A DNA stretch of 64,000 bases, taken from NCBI RefSeq assembly GCF_009914755.1, contig NC_060934.1, one strand, 5' to 3'. A program made the translations under genes and the position numbers. The DNA comes from the human T2T-CHM13v2.0 reference genome, Homo sapiens. Positions 40,544 through 52,789 of the stretch are shown here, one piece after another. The notes beneath the pieces are model-generated. The model saw nothing but the letters and a program-made list of their open reading frames with translations. It searched no databases and was not told the DNA's origin. Each line of letters begins with the position of its first letter. Position 1 is the first letter of the stretch.

Positions 40544-40851
40544 CTAGAGTGTGGCAGGTGGCTCTCATTTGGCTCCCACGTGGCACTAAGGTGCATTCCT
40601 CCCGACCTGCCCTGCCAGTGCTTCGTAACCCCATTCTTTCCCCATGATGGAAACATACATTCCCATGAAAGAAAATCTGTTCTTGACTGATGAGGACTGG
40701 GAGGCTGTGACAAGATGGATACATGTGCCATGTCTTGGGTCAGTGTGACTCTGTGAGGTGCTCCAGGTAGGCCGCCTTCCCCATGCAGTCCTACACACTG
40801 GGCACACAAACCCTTCTCCTGTGGCGGGGTCGGGGGCAGTGACCTGTCCTT
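40544..40851 (+). pseudogene. Decayed SRCR exon H (308 bp)
   Basis: VAGGSH...WH*GAFLPTC; ICS*L; DSVRCSR*AAF ~ DDVRCSG.EAAL; ends GCA GTG ACC TGT CCT T|gtgac (AVTC, phase-1 donor). Confidence 0.55.
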
Positions 40852-41124
40852 GTGACAAAGACCTGAGCTGCCTCTCTTCCATGCAGCCACCATCACCTCC
40901 CTCCTGGGCTCTTTGGGGGTGCCTCTTGCCCCTGTGCCCTGCCCACCACCCCAGGTGCACCTGCCTGGCTAATGTGCTCTCCCCACTTCCTTTGTTCATC
41001 TGCCAAGCCCTTTCTACAGTGCCCAGGGCTGCTATATCTGGTACAACCTGGTCCCTGCTCACACAGGGCCTCCTCCTCCCACTGGTTCATTTTATAACAG
41101 CGTTACCTCCTCTTTATTCATGGA

Positions 41125-41584
41125 TGTGAGGGTTAATTTTATGTGTCAACTTGACTGGGCTAAGGGATGCCCAGAGGGCTGGTAAAACATTTCTGGACGT
41201 GTCTCTGAGGGTGTTTTTGGAAGAGATTAGCATTTGATTAAGCAGACCGAGTAAAGAAGATTCACCCTCTCCACTGCAGGTGGGCATCAATCAGTCAACC
41301 TGTGGAGAGCCCTGATAGAGCAAAAACGCCGAGTAAGAGCAAAAGTTCTCTCTGTCTGCTTAAGCTGGGATATCTGTCTTCTGCCCTCTGACATCAGCAC
41401 CTCTGGTGCTTTAGGTTTGAACCGAAACTGCACCAGCAGCTTCCCGGGGCTCTGGCTTGCAGAGAGCAGACTAGGATTCCTCAGCTTCCATAATCATGTG
41501 AGCCAGTTCCCATAGTCGATCTCTTTCTGTAGATTTCTATATGTCCTACTGGTGCTATTTCTCTGGAGAACGCTGACTAGTACA
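41125..41584 (+). mobile_element. MLT2-family (ERVL) solo LTR
   Basis: TG...CA ends; gttaattttatgtgtcaacttgactgggctaaggg...tttctctggagaacgctgactagtaca. Confidence 0.88.
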
Positions 41585-42854
41585 ATGAGGTAGGTATATT
41601 GCATTGGAGACCCAGAACACTTCAAATATTTATTACTGGGCTAGGAGAGAAGGCAAGGCCCTACTAAAAATTGTGGCTGTGTAGGTAAACTTGTTCAGAC
41701 ACATGTATCCATGAATTTAAAATAAAAATTAAATAAAAAGCAAACACCTTTTAAAAAATTTTGTGATGATGGTGGAGGTATGTCCACCAGGGGGTGAGCT
41801 GGTCTCGTGAAACTCCAGGGAGGTGTCAAACGACCTGGGTGTGAAAGGGACGGATATCTGGAGGAAGGAATAGAGAGAGGATGGACACACGAGTCTGGCA
41901 GGAGCGGGCAGCTTCCTCCAGCCAGACTGTGGGCAGCGCTGTCAGGCTCAGGGGAGGTGGCTCCAAGACCACCTGCCCCTGTCTGTTCCCTTCTATGCCC
42001 CAGCCATGTCTGGCACCTTCTGTACACCCCAGCCTCATTGCCTTGCTTATTCATTGCTTGTTTTTCCCAATGAGAGCAGGGACCTTGTGCACAGACTATC
42101 CAGAGCCCTGTACATGAACAGTTGAGGAATGAATGAAAAATGAGTGAAGGGGCTGTGGAGAGACGTCCACAGGGAACCACAGACATTTACAGCCTCATGC
42201 AATTTGAAATGTGAGGCTACTTTAGGCCCTAAGGGGCAGGGGAGCATCACTTAGGGCTAGGAGCACCTTTTTGTTCCCTAATTTGGGTGGCTTCTGTCCT
42301 CTCCCGCTGTGTTCATCTTCCCTACTCATGGTTTCTTTGCTTGCTAAGCATTTCTCCCCGTTTTGATGACCAGGGCTTAATCTCCCCTATTGGCACTGGG
42401 CTGTGATCTGGTTTAAACCATTCCTTGTCTGTTCATAGGGACCCACCTGGTTTGGGGTCCCCCTCCACCATGGATTCCTGACCTACCCAGACCCATCCAG
42501 GGCACAGAGGAATTCCTGCCTCAGTGGCCCAGGGTGACTTGAGGCACTCAGGCATGAGAACCCCTGATGCCAAAGATCAAATCTTGTTTCCGTCTCGTGC
42601 TGGGCCCTCTTCCTCCCAGGAAGAAATGCTGGGAACTGGTGGTGATAAGTCAGTCTTCTCCAGGGTGGCAAGAGTGTTAATTTACAGCCACCTCTGCCTT
42701 CCTCTGTTCCCATCCACCACCCAGCCCCCAGGCCTCCCCCTACCACCAGCTGGGCTCTGATGTGAGTCACTTCTTACAGGGATGTGGAGCAAGCGGTTCA
42801 CCTTCCCTCAACATCTTGAGCCTTCCCTGTTATTAAAAGTTGAAGGTGCTGGGG

Positions 42855-43100
42855 TTCCAGGCGATGAATGGGGGAGAGATGGCAGGCCTGTGTGGAGGAG
42901 GGGTGGTCAAGCATGATGGTCGAAGTCCAGAGTGAAATGGAGGTGGCCTCTGGGCAGCCTGGGGTCAATATCCACTGCTGTTTCGTGCACAGCCTGGAAA
43001 GTGTGTGTTAAGCAGCATCCCAGCCAATGCTGGAGAAATGATTTAATCTCTTGGGGCCTCAGTTTGTTTCTGCCTCTCAACATAGCAAACACTCATGCTC
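42855..43100 (+). pseudogene. Decayed SRCR exon I (3' part lost at an old L1)
   Basis: FQAMNGGEMAGLCGGGVVKHDGR ~ LRLVNGGD...RC.GRVEVKH.G. Confidence 0.4.
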
Positions 43101-43560
43101 CATCTAACCAGATTTAACAATTTGCACTTCGTTATATTTGCTTTTTTATAAGTAAAAAAGAAACTCTCTTTGATCACCCCCACCCAATCCCATTCTTCCT
43201 GCCTCCTCACCCTAGTGGCAACCACTGCTATTACTTTAGTGTGTTGTTTTTTTCGTACGTTTATATATTACATATATATCCATTGGCAATACACATTGTC
43301 TTATGTAGGTTTTAAGAATTTCATAAATGATATTGTGTGTGTTATTCTACAACTTTGTTTTTCATTCAGCTTTACTGTGTGAGGTCTATCCTGTTGAGAG
43401 ATATATGTATATGTATGTGTATGTGCGTGTGTATACATACATACATATTTATAGTTCGCTCCATTCGACTTCTGCATAGTATTCTATCACATGTGTATGC
43501 CACAACCCATGTTTCCTATTTCCTGGATGATAAGACTTTATGGTGCTGGGGTTCAGTGTG
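43100..43560 (-). mobile_element. Old L1M fragment with an embedded (TA/TG)n stretch
   Basis: ggcaaccactgctatt...tgatattgtgtgtgttattctacaact...tagtattctatcacatgtgtatgccaca. Confidence 0.5.
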
Positions 43561-43821
43561 TTTATCTGTATTGGGGATCCTTACACCTTTCCCATATGTT
43601 GGGGCTATGTGAGAGGCACAGGTGATTGGCCAAGGTGATTAGCCCCAGAACCTTCTCAGGTCTTCCCACAGAGAGGGGATTTTGGCCCCCAGGATGACTG
43701 CTGTTGCAGAACACCTGTGCCCCCATGTCTTCCCCAGTGTCTGGTAATGGGAGCCTCTCAGGCTGCACCCATCAAGGAGGGCTGTGACCCTCAGAATAGG
43801 GCTGGCACTGGTGGCTCCATG

Positions 43822-44131
43822 CTAAGACTGGAGGGAATTTGGGGAGTCCTCTGACCCAGTTCCCCCAGCAAGTTGCCACTGTGAGATGCCCATCCTGAGT
43901 AACACCTCCAGGAATGGGACCTGGCATCCCTCAAAGTGCTACTGTAGGCGTCTGCCTCTGAACGCACATACCTAGGAAGGGAGACTCCCTGTACCCAAAG
44001 GCAACTCAGTCTTACATTGGGTTGAAAAATCTGTGTCCTGTTAAGTTCTGTTTCTGTGGCCCAGCTGTGGCTATGGGGCCAACCAGAACACTGAATCCCA
44101 CTTTGGCAGCAAGCCTGTTGCATACTGAAAG
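43822..44131 (+). pseudogene. Decayed SRCR exon J
   Basis: LRLEG...EWDLASLKVL/CRRL ~ WDL.DA.VVCRQL; then one frame KGNSVLHWVEKSVSC*VLFLWPSC...VAY*. Confidence 0.58.
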
Positions 44132-45371
44132 GCCACAGTTATGCCCATCTCAACTCCTGTCTTTAATTTTCTAGGTGAAACAGCCACCATTTAAAAACGA
44201 TTTCTAGCCACTGAAACTATAGAAAACCAACAGCCACAAGAAACAAAATCAAACGAAACATAAAATAATAAAGGAATGCAGCCTTCCTAGACTGTGGGCT
44301 CCCATGCCCTCACCATTATGTTCATCCTCTGAATGTGTTCCTGTTTCCAGTACTAGATGATAAATTCCTGCTGGGGTTGAATTCCTGCTGAAATGCTTGG
44401 GCCCGCAGTATTATGTCAGAAATAAGTCTGAGGTACCCATCCTCGGTGGAAGCTTTTTGCCTAAGTATAGACAGCTTGGTATTGAGTACCTGTTAGTTTT
44501 TCTGCATAGTTCTCTTTCCCTCATCCACAATCGTTCTTGGAGCTCTCCCTTACTCAGTTCACAAGGAAAGTGCAGTGAACACCCAGGCAACCATTTCTGC
44601 AAAGTGGCTCTGCCTCCTGGCACAGTTGATTGGACCAGGATAATGGCAGCTCTGAGAAGGGGTTAAAACCTCCTCTTCTCCTTCCCAAGGCCCCTAATCT
44701 CCCTCTGGGGCCCCATTTCTTGATGTAGACAATTAGTGGCTCTCAATCTTACATAAATTGCCATTTAAATGCAGTGTCAAGCACTGATTTTCTTAGGTTG
44801 GAACTAAGAGATTCTTGGTTCAAATTTGTTGGTTTCTTAAAAGGAGCAGATACAAGTTGGAGAGCTGCTGGTAGCCTGAGGTTTCCTTGCAGAGGAAACT
44901 AGTAAGAGAGAAGGGGAAGAAAGTGTGAGCAAGACGGGAGTTCCAGAGTGCTGAGGGAGCAGAGATGAGGGACTGGGAGATGATGAAGGAGCCCAGGCCC
45001 CTAGTTCCCATCCACTCCCAAGGGCTGACTGCACCCTAGCCCTTGGGGACCATGAGACACCCTAGATATGCATTAAAAACACCCTTTCTGCTTGGGGGTT
45101 CCTGTTAAGTTTCTGTTTCTTGCAACCACAAGAGTCTTGGTTCATGCAAACAAGGAGTCACACCAACTCTATTGCTGAAGTGATCTTCTGACCCCCTCCA
45201 GAGCCAGGTCTGCCCCCTTGTGCCCCTTCTACTCCCTGCCCCCAGGCATAGCTTCTATTCTTGTGCCTTTAAATGTCCATTTTTGTAATGTGTTTTTATC
45301 CTAAGCCATCTCTATTGACTTGGAAGGCAGCAGGACACAGTGCTGACATAAATACAACATAGAAGCCACAG

Positions 45372-45670
45372 GGGAAACTGAACCAGAAGTTCAAGTAGGG
45401 CCAAGTCATTGCCCTGTACAAAAGGGTCAATCTGGACTTTATTAGGGACCCCATTCCACCACTTCATCTGGTCCAGAGACAAGGAAATCAGCTCTCAGTG
45501 GGAAACACCTGTGCTTGTAACTGATCTTGAAGTTTATGCAACCAGGAGAACTGTCCAACTCAAGGCTTCAGGAAATATGCTGATATCTGGGCCTGCTTCC
45601 ATCAGTTTCATCTAATTGCTGGAAAAATCATGTCACCTAAGAAGGAGGTCCACTCCCCTTCCTGCCCCAC
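45372..45670 (+). pseudogene. Decayed SRCR exon K
   Basis: Phase-1 acceptor ccacag|GG; EVQVGPSHCP ~ EVRLVGGPSHC; SGN/ADIWACFH ~ CSGNEA.IW.C.H. Confidence 0.5.
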
Positions 45671-45696
45671 CCCCAGCAGCCCAGTATGACCAAAAG

Positions 45697-45940
45697 CAAG
45701 GCACTGGCAGATATAGTGTCTGGTGGGGGTCCTCTTCCAGGTTCACAGATTGTTGTCTTGTTGCTGTGTCCTCCTGTGGGCGAGGGCTGTCTTTGGGGTC
45801 CTTTTCATTAGGCAGTTAATCCTTTTTATGAGGCTCTGCCCTCATGACCTAATAGCCTTCCCAAAGCCTCACCTCCAAACCATCACCTTGGGGACTAGGT
45901 TTCAACACATGAACTTTGGGGGTAACATAAACATTCAGCA
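45697..45940 (-). mobile_element. MLT1A-like LTR fragment
   Basis: gccctcatgacctaat...ccatcaccttggggactaggtttcaacacatgaactttggggg...aaacattcag. Confidence 0.8.
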
Positions 45941-46295
45941 GCATCAAACCCCAAACTCATTGGCTTTGCACATTTAGGAGGTGGTCACCAGGAGTCACAG
46001 TCCAGTCGACCAGCCACCACTGGGATTATAACAAACAGTCCCTGTCAGGCTTCTTTTTCTCATGAACCCAACCCAACGTTCTAAAAGAAAACAATGTCTG
46101 AGGAAACCTGAGGAGGAGTGCTCTGTCACGGTAGGGGGAGGACAATAGCCAGCTCCCCAGGCGTGGCCCAAGATGACCGCTGCTGGGCTGCCGCTTGGCA
46201 CTGGGTTGTTGTGGAAACGGTTTCCTGATCGTGGTCATAAGCATTTCCTTTGGCTGGACTACACCCCAAGCATCTTTGATTCTAAACGGAAATAG

Positions 46296-46560
46296 CCACG
46301 TACGGTTGGCAGGAGACTGGGACCTCTGGATGTGGAGCTCACAACTTCTGGGAAGGAGAATGGCACGAAGTTTGTTTTCATGGTCACTCTTAGGACACTA
46401 CATTTTTCCCCCCCACAATTTCTCTTTTGCTGTGTCCTTTTAGCCTTGAGGGCAATAGTCTGAAATGAGCAGTTAAGCTGGTTGTCATCTCTGATGTTTC
46501 CGAAATCCTCTGTCTGCTGTTTCGTGTCCTAGATTTTAGTCACACGGCATGCTCAGCACT
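46296..46560 (+). pseudogene. Decayed SRCR exon L
   Basis: HVRLAG/GTSGCGAHNFWEGEWHEVCFHGHS*DT ~ VRLAGG..C.G...EG.W..VC..SWDT. Confidence 0.5.
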
Positions 46561-46819
46561 TGCCAGGCCCTTTACATACATTATCTGATTGAATCCTCAA
46601 AATAACCCTATGAAATGGACATTATACTAATCTACAAATAAGGAAATCAAGGCTTCAGCTTTGCCTGACTCCAAAACTTACGCTCTTATCCCCCAATTTG
46701 ATCTGTCCTTCATGGCTCAGCTGGAGACCTTTCCCTCCAGAAAGCCAACCCCTGCCATCCTGCCTGGGGGCTCTCCCTGCCCCAACCCTGTTTTCTGGAT
46801 TCCTAGATTTGTGCTTGCC

Positions 46820-47316
46820 TGCAAGTTTGGCTGAATATTGCCCCTCCCCACAGATGTCTGTCTCCTAATTCCTGGAACCTGTGAATATATGACCTTATAT
46901 GGCAAAAGAACTTTGCAGGCATCATTGAATTAAGAATCTTGAGACAGGGAGATCATTCTGGATTTTCTGGTGGGCACAGTGTAAATCACATGGGTCCTTA
47001 TAAGACGATGTCAGGAGGATCGGAAGGAAGAAGAGGGGATGGGATGACCAAAGCAGAGGTTGGAATGATGGGCTTTGAAGATGGAGGAAGGAGTCACGAG
47101 CCTAGGAATGTGGGTGGCCTCTAGAAACTGGAAAAGGCAAGGAGATGGGTGTTCCCCTAGAGCCTCTAGGGGAGCACAGTCCTGTGACACCTTGACTTCA
47201 GCCCGTAAGACACATTTTGGACTTCTACCCTCCAGAACTGTAAGATGATACATTTGTGTTGCTTTCCGCTACTCAGTTTGGGGTCACTTGTTATAGCAGC
47301 TGCAGGAAACTCATAG
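46820..47316 (+). mobile_element. MLT1D-like LTR
   Basis: cctggaacctgtgaatatatgaccttatatggcaaaag...ccagaactgtaagatgatacatttgtgttg...ggaaactcata. Confidence 0.85.
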
Positions 47317-48562
47317 TCTGTGTTGTGATCTCCTTTCTCTGCATCTGCATCCATCTCCCAGCCAGGAGGTGAGTTCTGGCTGCGTAGACGTACTTAATTC
47401 AGTTCAGTAGAAATATTTTGGACACTTGCTGTATTTCTGAGCACACTGCCTGTGTCGGGAGGCAATGCAGGCATGAGTAAAGCATACCTCTGTCCTCCAG
47501 AAAACAAGTGTCTCAGATTTTACATGGCTAGAGGTCCAAGCTCAAAACCTTGCACAAAAAAGATGAGTAGGAATTAGCTAGTGACTACAGAGAAAACATA
47601 TGGTCATATAAAACAAAACACAAATAAATATAGTAAGTTTTTTATAAATGAACTAGAAGTAGGGAACTCTTGATTTTTTAAATGAATCGCCATGATGACA
47701 AACATTTTTAAAAGTTTAACTCCAAATGATGAACGACAAGGAAAAGGGGAGGCAGCCAGAGCCCAGGAGAGATGAAGGAAAGGGGAGGTTGGCAAGAGGG
47801 GGGAGGAAGGTATAAGATGAATACTGTAGGTGCCAAGGGGCTGGGAGTTTCTGGGATGAGGAGGGGCTTGGTGAACTCTAATCATGCCTACCTCTGTGAG
47901 TTATAACCTCTTATCCCGGCCTTTGAACTGCTAAGCAAACAAATTAGCCACATTCTCCAAGGTTAAGGTGGCATTTATCATAACACGTTAGCTCTTAGGT
48001 CTGAAAAGGATAGTGGAGAGCAAGGGCTGGAACGATTTCAATCACTTCCCTGCACCAGGGTGTAGGTGAGCCCCAGGGCATTTCTGATGGGCTTCTTGCC
48101 AGGGGAGAGATTGCCCTGTACTGAAATAGGTCAGTTACATCCCTTTAATGTGCAGTTCCCCAAAATCACCTGAATTAGAATGACCTGAGCATATATTAGG
48201 ATCCTTATGCCTATTCCAGACCCCTAGATTCTGATGTCACCTCGGATTTGAGAACAGGGTAATTTTCCCTTTATTGGACAAAAGGTTTTCAAAATATTAA
48301 TAATCTTAGCAATCTTAAAAACTTAATTAACATGAAGTTTGGAGGGGCTTAGTATACCCATGTTGTACCACCTGATTCTTGTGATTAATTTTCCTTGTAA
48401 GTTTCTATATACTACGGAAAAGTCCGAATACAGTATTGCATAATTGCCCTCTGTTAACAATTATCAGGTATAATAATGGTAGAAATTTTATGGCATCTCC
48501 AGCATATATCAATTTCAGTAAATTAAAATGTATTATCGTACCTGTTCAACACTTCATATCAG

Positions 48563-48874
48563 ACCTTATGCAATACTTGGCATACCGTAAGTTGAGAGTG
48601 TGTGGCTCTAATGAGCCTGATGTTTGAAAAATGGAAGATGGTGGACTTTGCCTAGAAAACTTTTGGTAATCAGAGTTATCCATAATAATAAAGCAACTCT
48701 TGGGATAAGGCACTTCCCAACAAACCAATTGCTTGATAATCTAAATGCCAGTAATTTGGATGTTTTATAACATAATGGGGTCATAGAAACTAACCTTTCT
48801 GTAGATTATTTTTATGCTATACATTACTGGCATTGTCTAAGTTGTGAGAAATACTGTCAATGATTAACTGCAGT
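48563..48874 (+). pseudogene. Decayed SRCR exon M (312 bp)
   Basis: Phase-1 acceptor tatcag|AC; one frame LRVCGSNEPDV*KME..GLCLENFW*SELSIIIKQLLG*GTS...PVIWM; then GVIETNLSVDY; ends ATT AAC TGC AGT|gtaaag. Confidence 0.6.
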
Positions 48875-49185
48875 GTAAAGATGGGCTCGCTAGATAATAT
48901 TCCTGCATGGGGTGACAGGAGGCAGGTACGATTTCTCATGCTCATTTTCATACAGAGGAAGCCAGCTTGATAAGCTAGTGTCACACAGCTCCTGAGGAGG
49001 GGGTCTTCTGGAACATGGGACCTGTGCTTGCTGCTGACGATGTCAGTTGCACATGAAAAGGTTGAATGCAAGTGGTGGATGGAAGACTTCTTAAAAATGA
49101 CATGGAAAAGGAAATGCGGCATGCAAACCCTAACCCTCCTGAGATCATGGGTCCACATTGCGTAGTGCTCTAATCTAGAATTTAA

Positions 49186-49480
<295 letters not shown>

Positions 49481-50279
49481 TAAAATGTATTTCTTATATC
49501 ACTATTTTGAATTTGCTTCTTGGAAGATGAAGTAGATAAAAGAGATAAACTAGGCACTGCATTCTCCTTACAGCAAAGGTTTCTCAGCAGGAGGCCATGG
49601 GGAGGATGAAGGCTCTCCAGGCCATGAGAATTGGGCTCAGGCTCTTGCTCGGCTTCTCACTTACTAGCTGTGTACCACCAGGCAGTTTTCTCAACTGTAC
49701 ATCACCTGCAGAATGGGCCGATAAAACCTCCTTCATAGAGTTGTTGTAGGGTTTTGAGACACTGCATATAACATGCCAGGCCCAATGTTGTTCTTGGTCC
49801 TTGTTCTTATTCTTCAATCCAATCCCTTAGAAACATTTAAAGCAATGATTTGCACCTAATGATCAGGACTGTATCAATTATACCAAATGCATCCTGCATC
49901 CTTATTTCTTGCGAGGAAGGATATATGAAATGTTTCATTCATCTATGTGATTCAACCTCCCTCCTACAGTTGCCTGGGGCCTACTGCCTTGTAGGTTGTA
50001 GGTACCATGTAGGTTTGGGTTGAATTGAGTTGAATTACAAACTTTGGCAAAGTAATCTTGACAGGGCATGGGGAACTTGGGTTTTTCACTTTTGAGTAGA
50101 CCACAATTAAATAGTTAGACTTGAAAAGAGTCAACAGAGACTATTATATCTATCTATTTACCTGTAATTAAGATGCACAATGGCTCTTTGAGGTATACAC
50201 ATACCAGGTGTCAGAGCTGCTAGCACCTGTAATCTTGGGAACTTGTCTCGATTGCCTTTACTTTTTTTTTTTTAATCAG

Positions 50280-50833
50280 ATTTTGCCAGAGACACTGTTG
50301 GGACCTTCTGGTACCAGTCTTTGGACTTGATTTTGATAGCAAAGGGGGTAGCTAGAGGCTCTTTGTAATAATAGTGCTTTTTGGTTCCCATAAGAGATGT
50401 CAAGTGCTTCTGGCCATGGGGAAAGCCTAGGGTAGTGGTTAAGCAAGCGATGCGGCAATCATTTAGATCAGGGATTGAATCTGAGCTGTTATTCATTCTG
50501 TTAATAGGCTAGTTACTTAACCTTCCCAAGCCTCAGTTTCTTCATATGGAAAGTGGATGTAATGATATTAGGACTTGTCTTAGAAGCCATGGGGAGGATG
50601 CATGAAATACAGCAGCTAAGACACTCAGCACAATGTGTGGAGCCTAAGAAAGCTTATTGCTATCATCATTGTCTGTTTTTCCCCAATCAGTCCAATGCTC
50701 GGCTCTCCTGAGGATGACCGTGACTGCAGAATGTGGATTCACTGATCTGCATCCTGCACCTGGGCCTCTGCTCATAATGGCTGGTTAGATGAGAACATAA
50801 CCTCTAAAACTCAGGCTTCTGGTAATTGGATAA
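50280..50833 (+). pseudogene. Decayed SRCR exon N, split by a MIR (~50425-50670)
   Basis: T-rich acceptor taatcag|AT; KGGS*/ALCNNSAFW before the MIR; after it DDRDC...WASAHNGWLDENITSKTQASGNW ~ DMBT1 DDVRC...[23 protein letters not shown], with exact C-terminal spacing. Confidence 0.62.
50425..50670 (+). mobile_element. MIR (near full length)
   Basis: gtagtggttaag...gttacttaaccttcccaagcctcagtttcttcatatggaaagtggatgtaatga...cactcagcacaatgtgtgg. Confidence 0.8.
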
Positions 50834-51219
50834 AAGCCATGTACTCTATACCTAGGAAGTGTACACACACTCCCTGTATTTTAGGAGTTCATGGATGCCT
50901 GAAGTCCATTTGTTTGTGGCACCAGAGTTGGGAATCTCCGACTCAGGAAATGAATAATATAGGAATTAGGAGAGCACTTACAATGCACCATGCTTCCAGT
51001 TCAGTAGGATGTAAAATTGCACTGGCAGTTACTATTATAATTCTCACTTGCCCTCTACTCTCTGGAAGTTGAGTGTCCATCGGGCTGACTCTGGTCTTCT
51101 TCCTTGAGCCACAGTTCTTCCAGGGTCATAATCTAGGTACTCAGTGGAGGGGAGCATCTCTCAGCTGTCTTCCTAGCTCCCTGGAGGAGTCTGGATGCTC
51201 AGATTAGAATACCCATATA

Positions 51220-52085
51220 TATTTTTTTCATATGCTTGTTGGGCACATGTATTTCTTCTTTGAAAGGTATCTGTTCATGGCCTTTGCCCACTTTTGAATG
51301 GGGTTGTTTATTTTCTTGTAGTTTTAAGTTCCTTATAGATGCTAGATATTAGACCGTTGTCAGATGCATAGTTTGTAAAAATTTCTCCCTTTCTGTAGGT
51401 TGTCTGTTTACTCTGTTGATAGTTTCTTTTGCTGTGCAGAAGCTCTTCAGCTTAATTAGAGCCCATCTGTTAATTTTTGCTTTTGTTGCAGTTGGTTTCA
51501 GCATCTCCTGTCTTTGCTGTTGTGAATAGTGCTTCAATGAATGTACACATGCATGTCTGTCTATGATAGAATGATTTATATTCCTTTGGCTGTAAACCCA
51601 ATAATGGAATTGCTGGGTCGAATGGTAGTTCTGATTTTAGGTCTTTGAGGAATCGCCACACTGTTTTCCACAATGGTTGAACTAATTTACACTCTCATTA
51701 ACAATGTATAAGCATTCCTTTTTCTCTGTAACCTCGCTAGCGCCTGTTATTTTTTGACTTGTTAATAATAGTCATGCTGACTCGTGTGAGATGGTATCTC
51801 ATTGTGGCTATGATTTGCATTTCTCTAATAATCAGTGATGTTGAGTTTTTTTCAAAAGTTGGGGCTAAATGATGAGAACACATGGAGACGTAGAGGGGAA
51901 CAACAGACACTGGGGCGTATTGGGGGAAGGAGGCTGGGAGCAGGGAGAGGGTCAGGAAAAATAACTAATGGGTACTAGGCTTAATACCTGGGTGATGAAA
52001 TAATCTGTACAACAAACCCCCATGACACAAGTTTACCTATATACCAAACCTGCACGTGTACCCATGAAATAAAAAGTTAACAAAC
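51220..52085. mobile_element. Older L1PA insertion with 5' inversion (antisense 51220-51853, sense 3' end 51855-52085)
   Basis: Antisense ORF2 pieces followed by sense gctaaatgatgagaacacatgg...aaacctgcacgtgtaccc...aataaaaag. Confidence 0.85.
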
Positions 52086-52789
52086 AAATACTTATACTAA
52101 TGAGAGTTGTGTTATGGCTGTCAACTCAATGAGAAGTACTTTTGTAGTCATTTAAGCAAGCTAGCCCAATGAAACTCACAGGAAAGGAACCAAATCCTGA
52201 ACAGCTTGCATCGTTCTTTCCTGGCGGTCATTAAATGTTTAAATAAGTTACTTGGGTGACTAAATTAAGACAGGCTAAAAGAGAGAAACATTGGCTCAGT
52301 CCTTCTTTGTCAGCTTGTTTACTTGTTTAATTGTTCCTCCACCAGTCTGGAAGTCCCAGGAGGGCAGCGGCCCTGTGTTCTTTGTTCGCTACACAGCACC
52401 TGGCACAGAGTAGGTACAACAAGTATTTGTGGACTAAATGATAATCCGTGATGCTCAAACTGCTGTTCTGTAGGAGAGACTCTGTCGTCAACCAGTAGAT
52501 TGTGATTCCACAGGTGTTTGGAGGACCCAGGATCCATGGAATGATTTTGACTTCTCTATTTGCTGTAGAAAAATTTATTGAGAAAAAAAGCATAGGTTCA
52601 TATAGAGCATTGAGCCACCCAATATATCTTCCCCAAAGGTCTTATAAATTCTAACAAGGCTGACACAGTTGATGCTAATAAAAATCGTTCTTTCATGGTT
52701 ATGCTCAACTGTGTTTTAATAGCATTTGATGGATCCATGATTTACTTATTGTTCATTTCTTGGATTTCTTGGTCAAGAACGCAACTTCC

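Noticed and set aside
44397-44666. SRCR-like words EVPILGGS, YRQLGIE and HNRSW
   Set aside because: Motifs are out of canonical order and spacing, so this was not counted as an SRCR exon.
50425-50475. Apparent SRCR motifs SLG(C)G.A and HLDQG directly after the first half of remnant N
   Set aside because: These bases are the 5' end of a MIR (gtagtggttaag...gggattgaatc), so the match is coincidental. It shows that by-eye motif matching can mislead and why statistical controls are needed for the SRCR claim.
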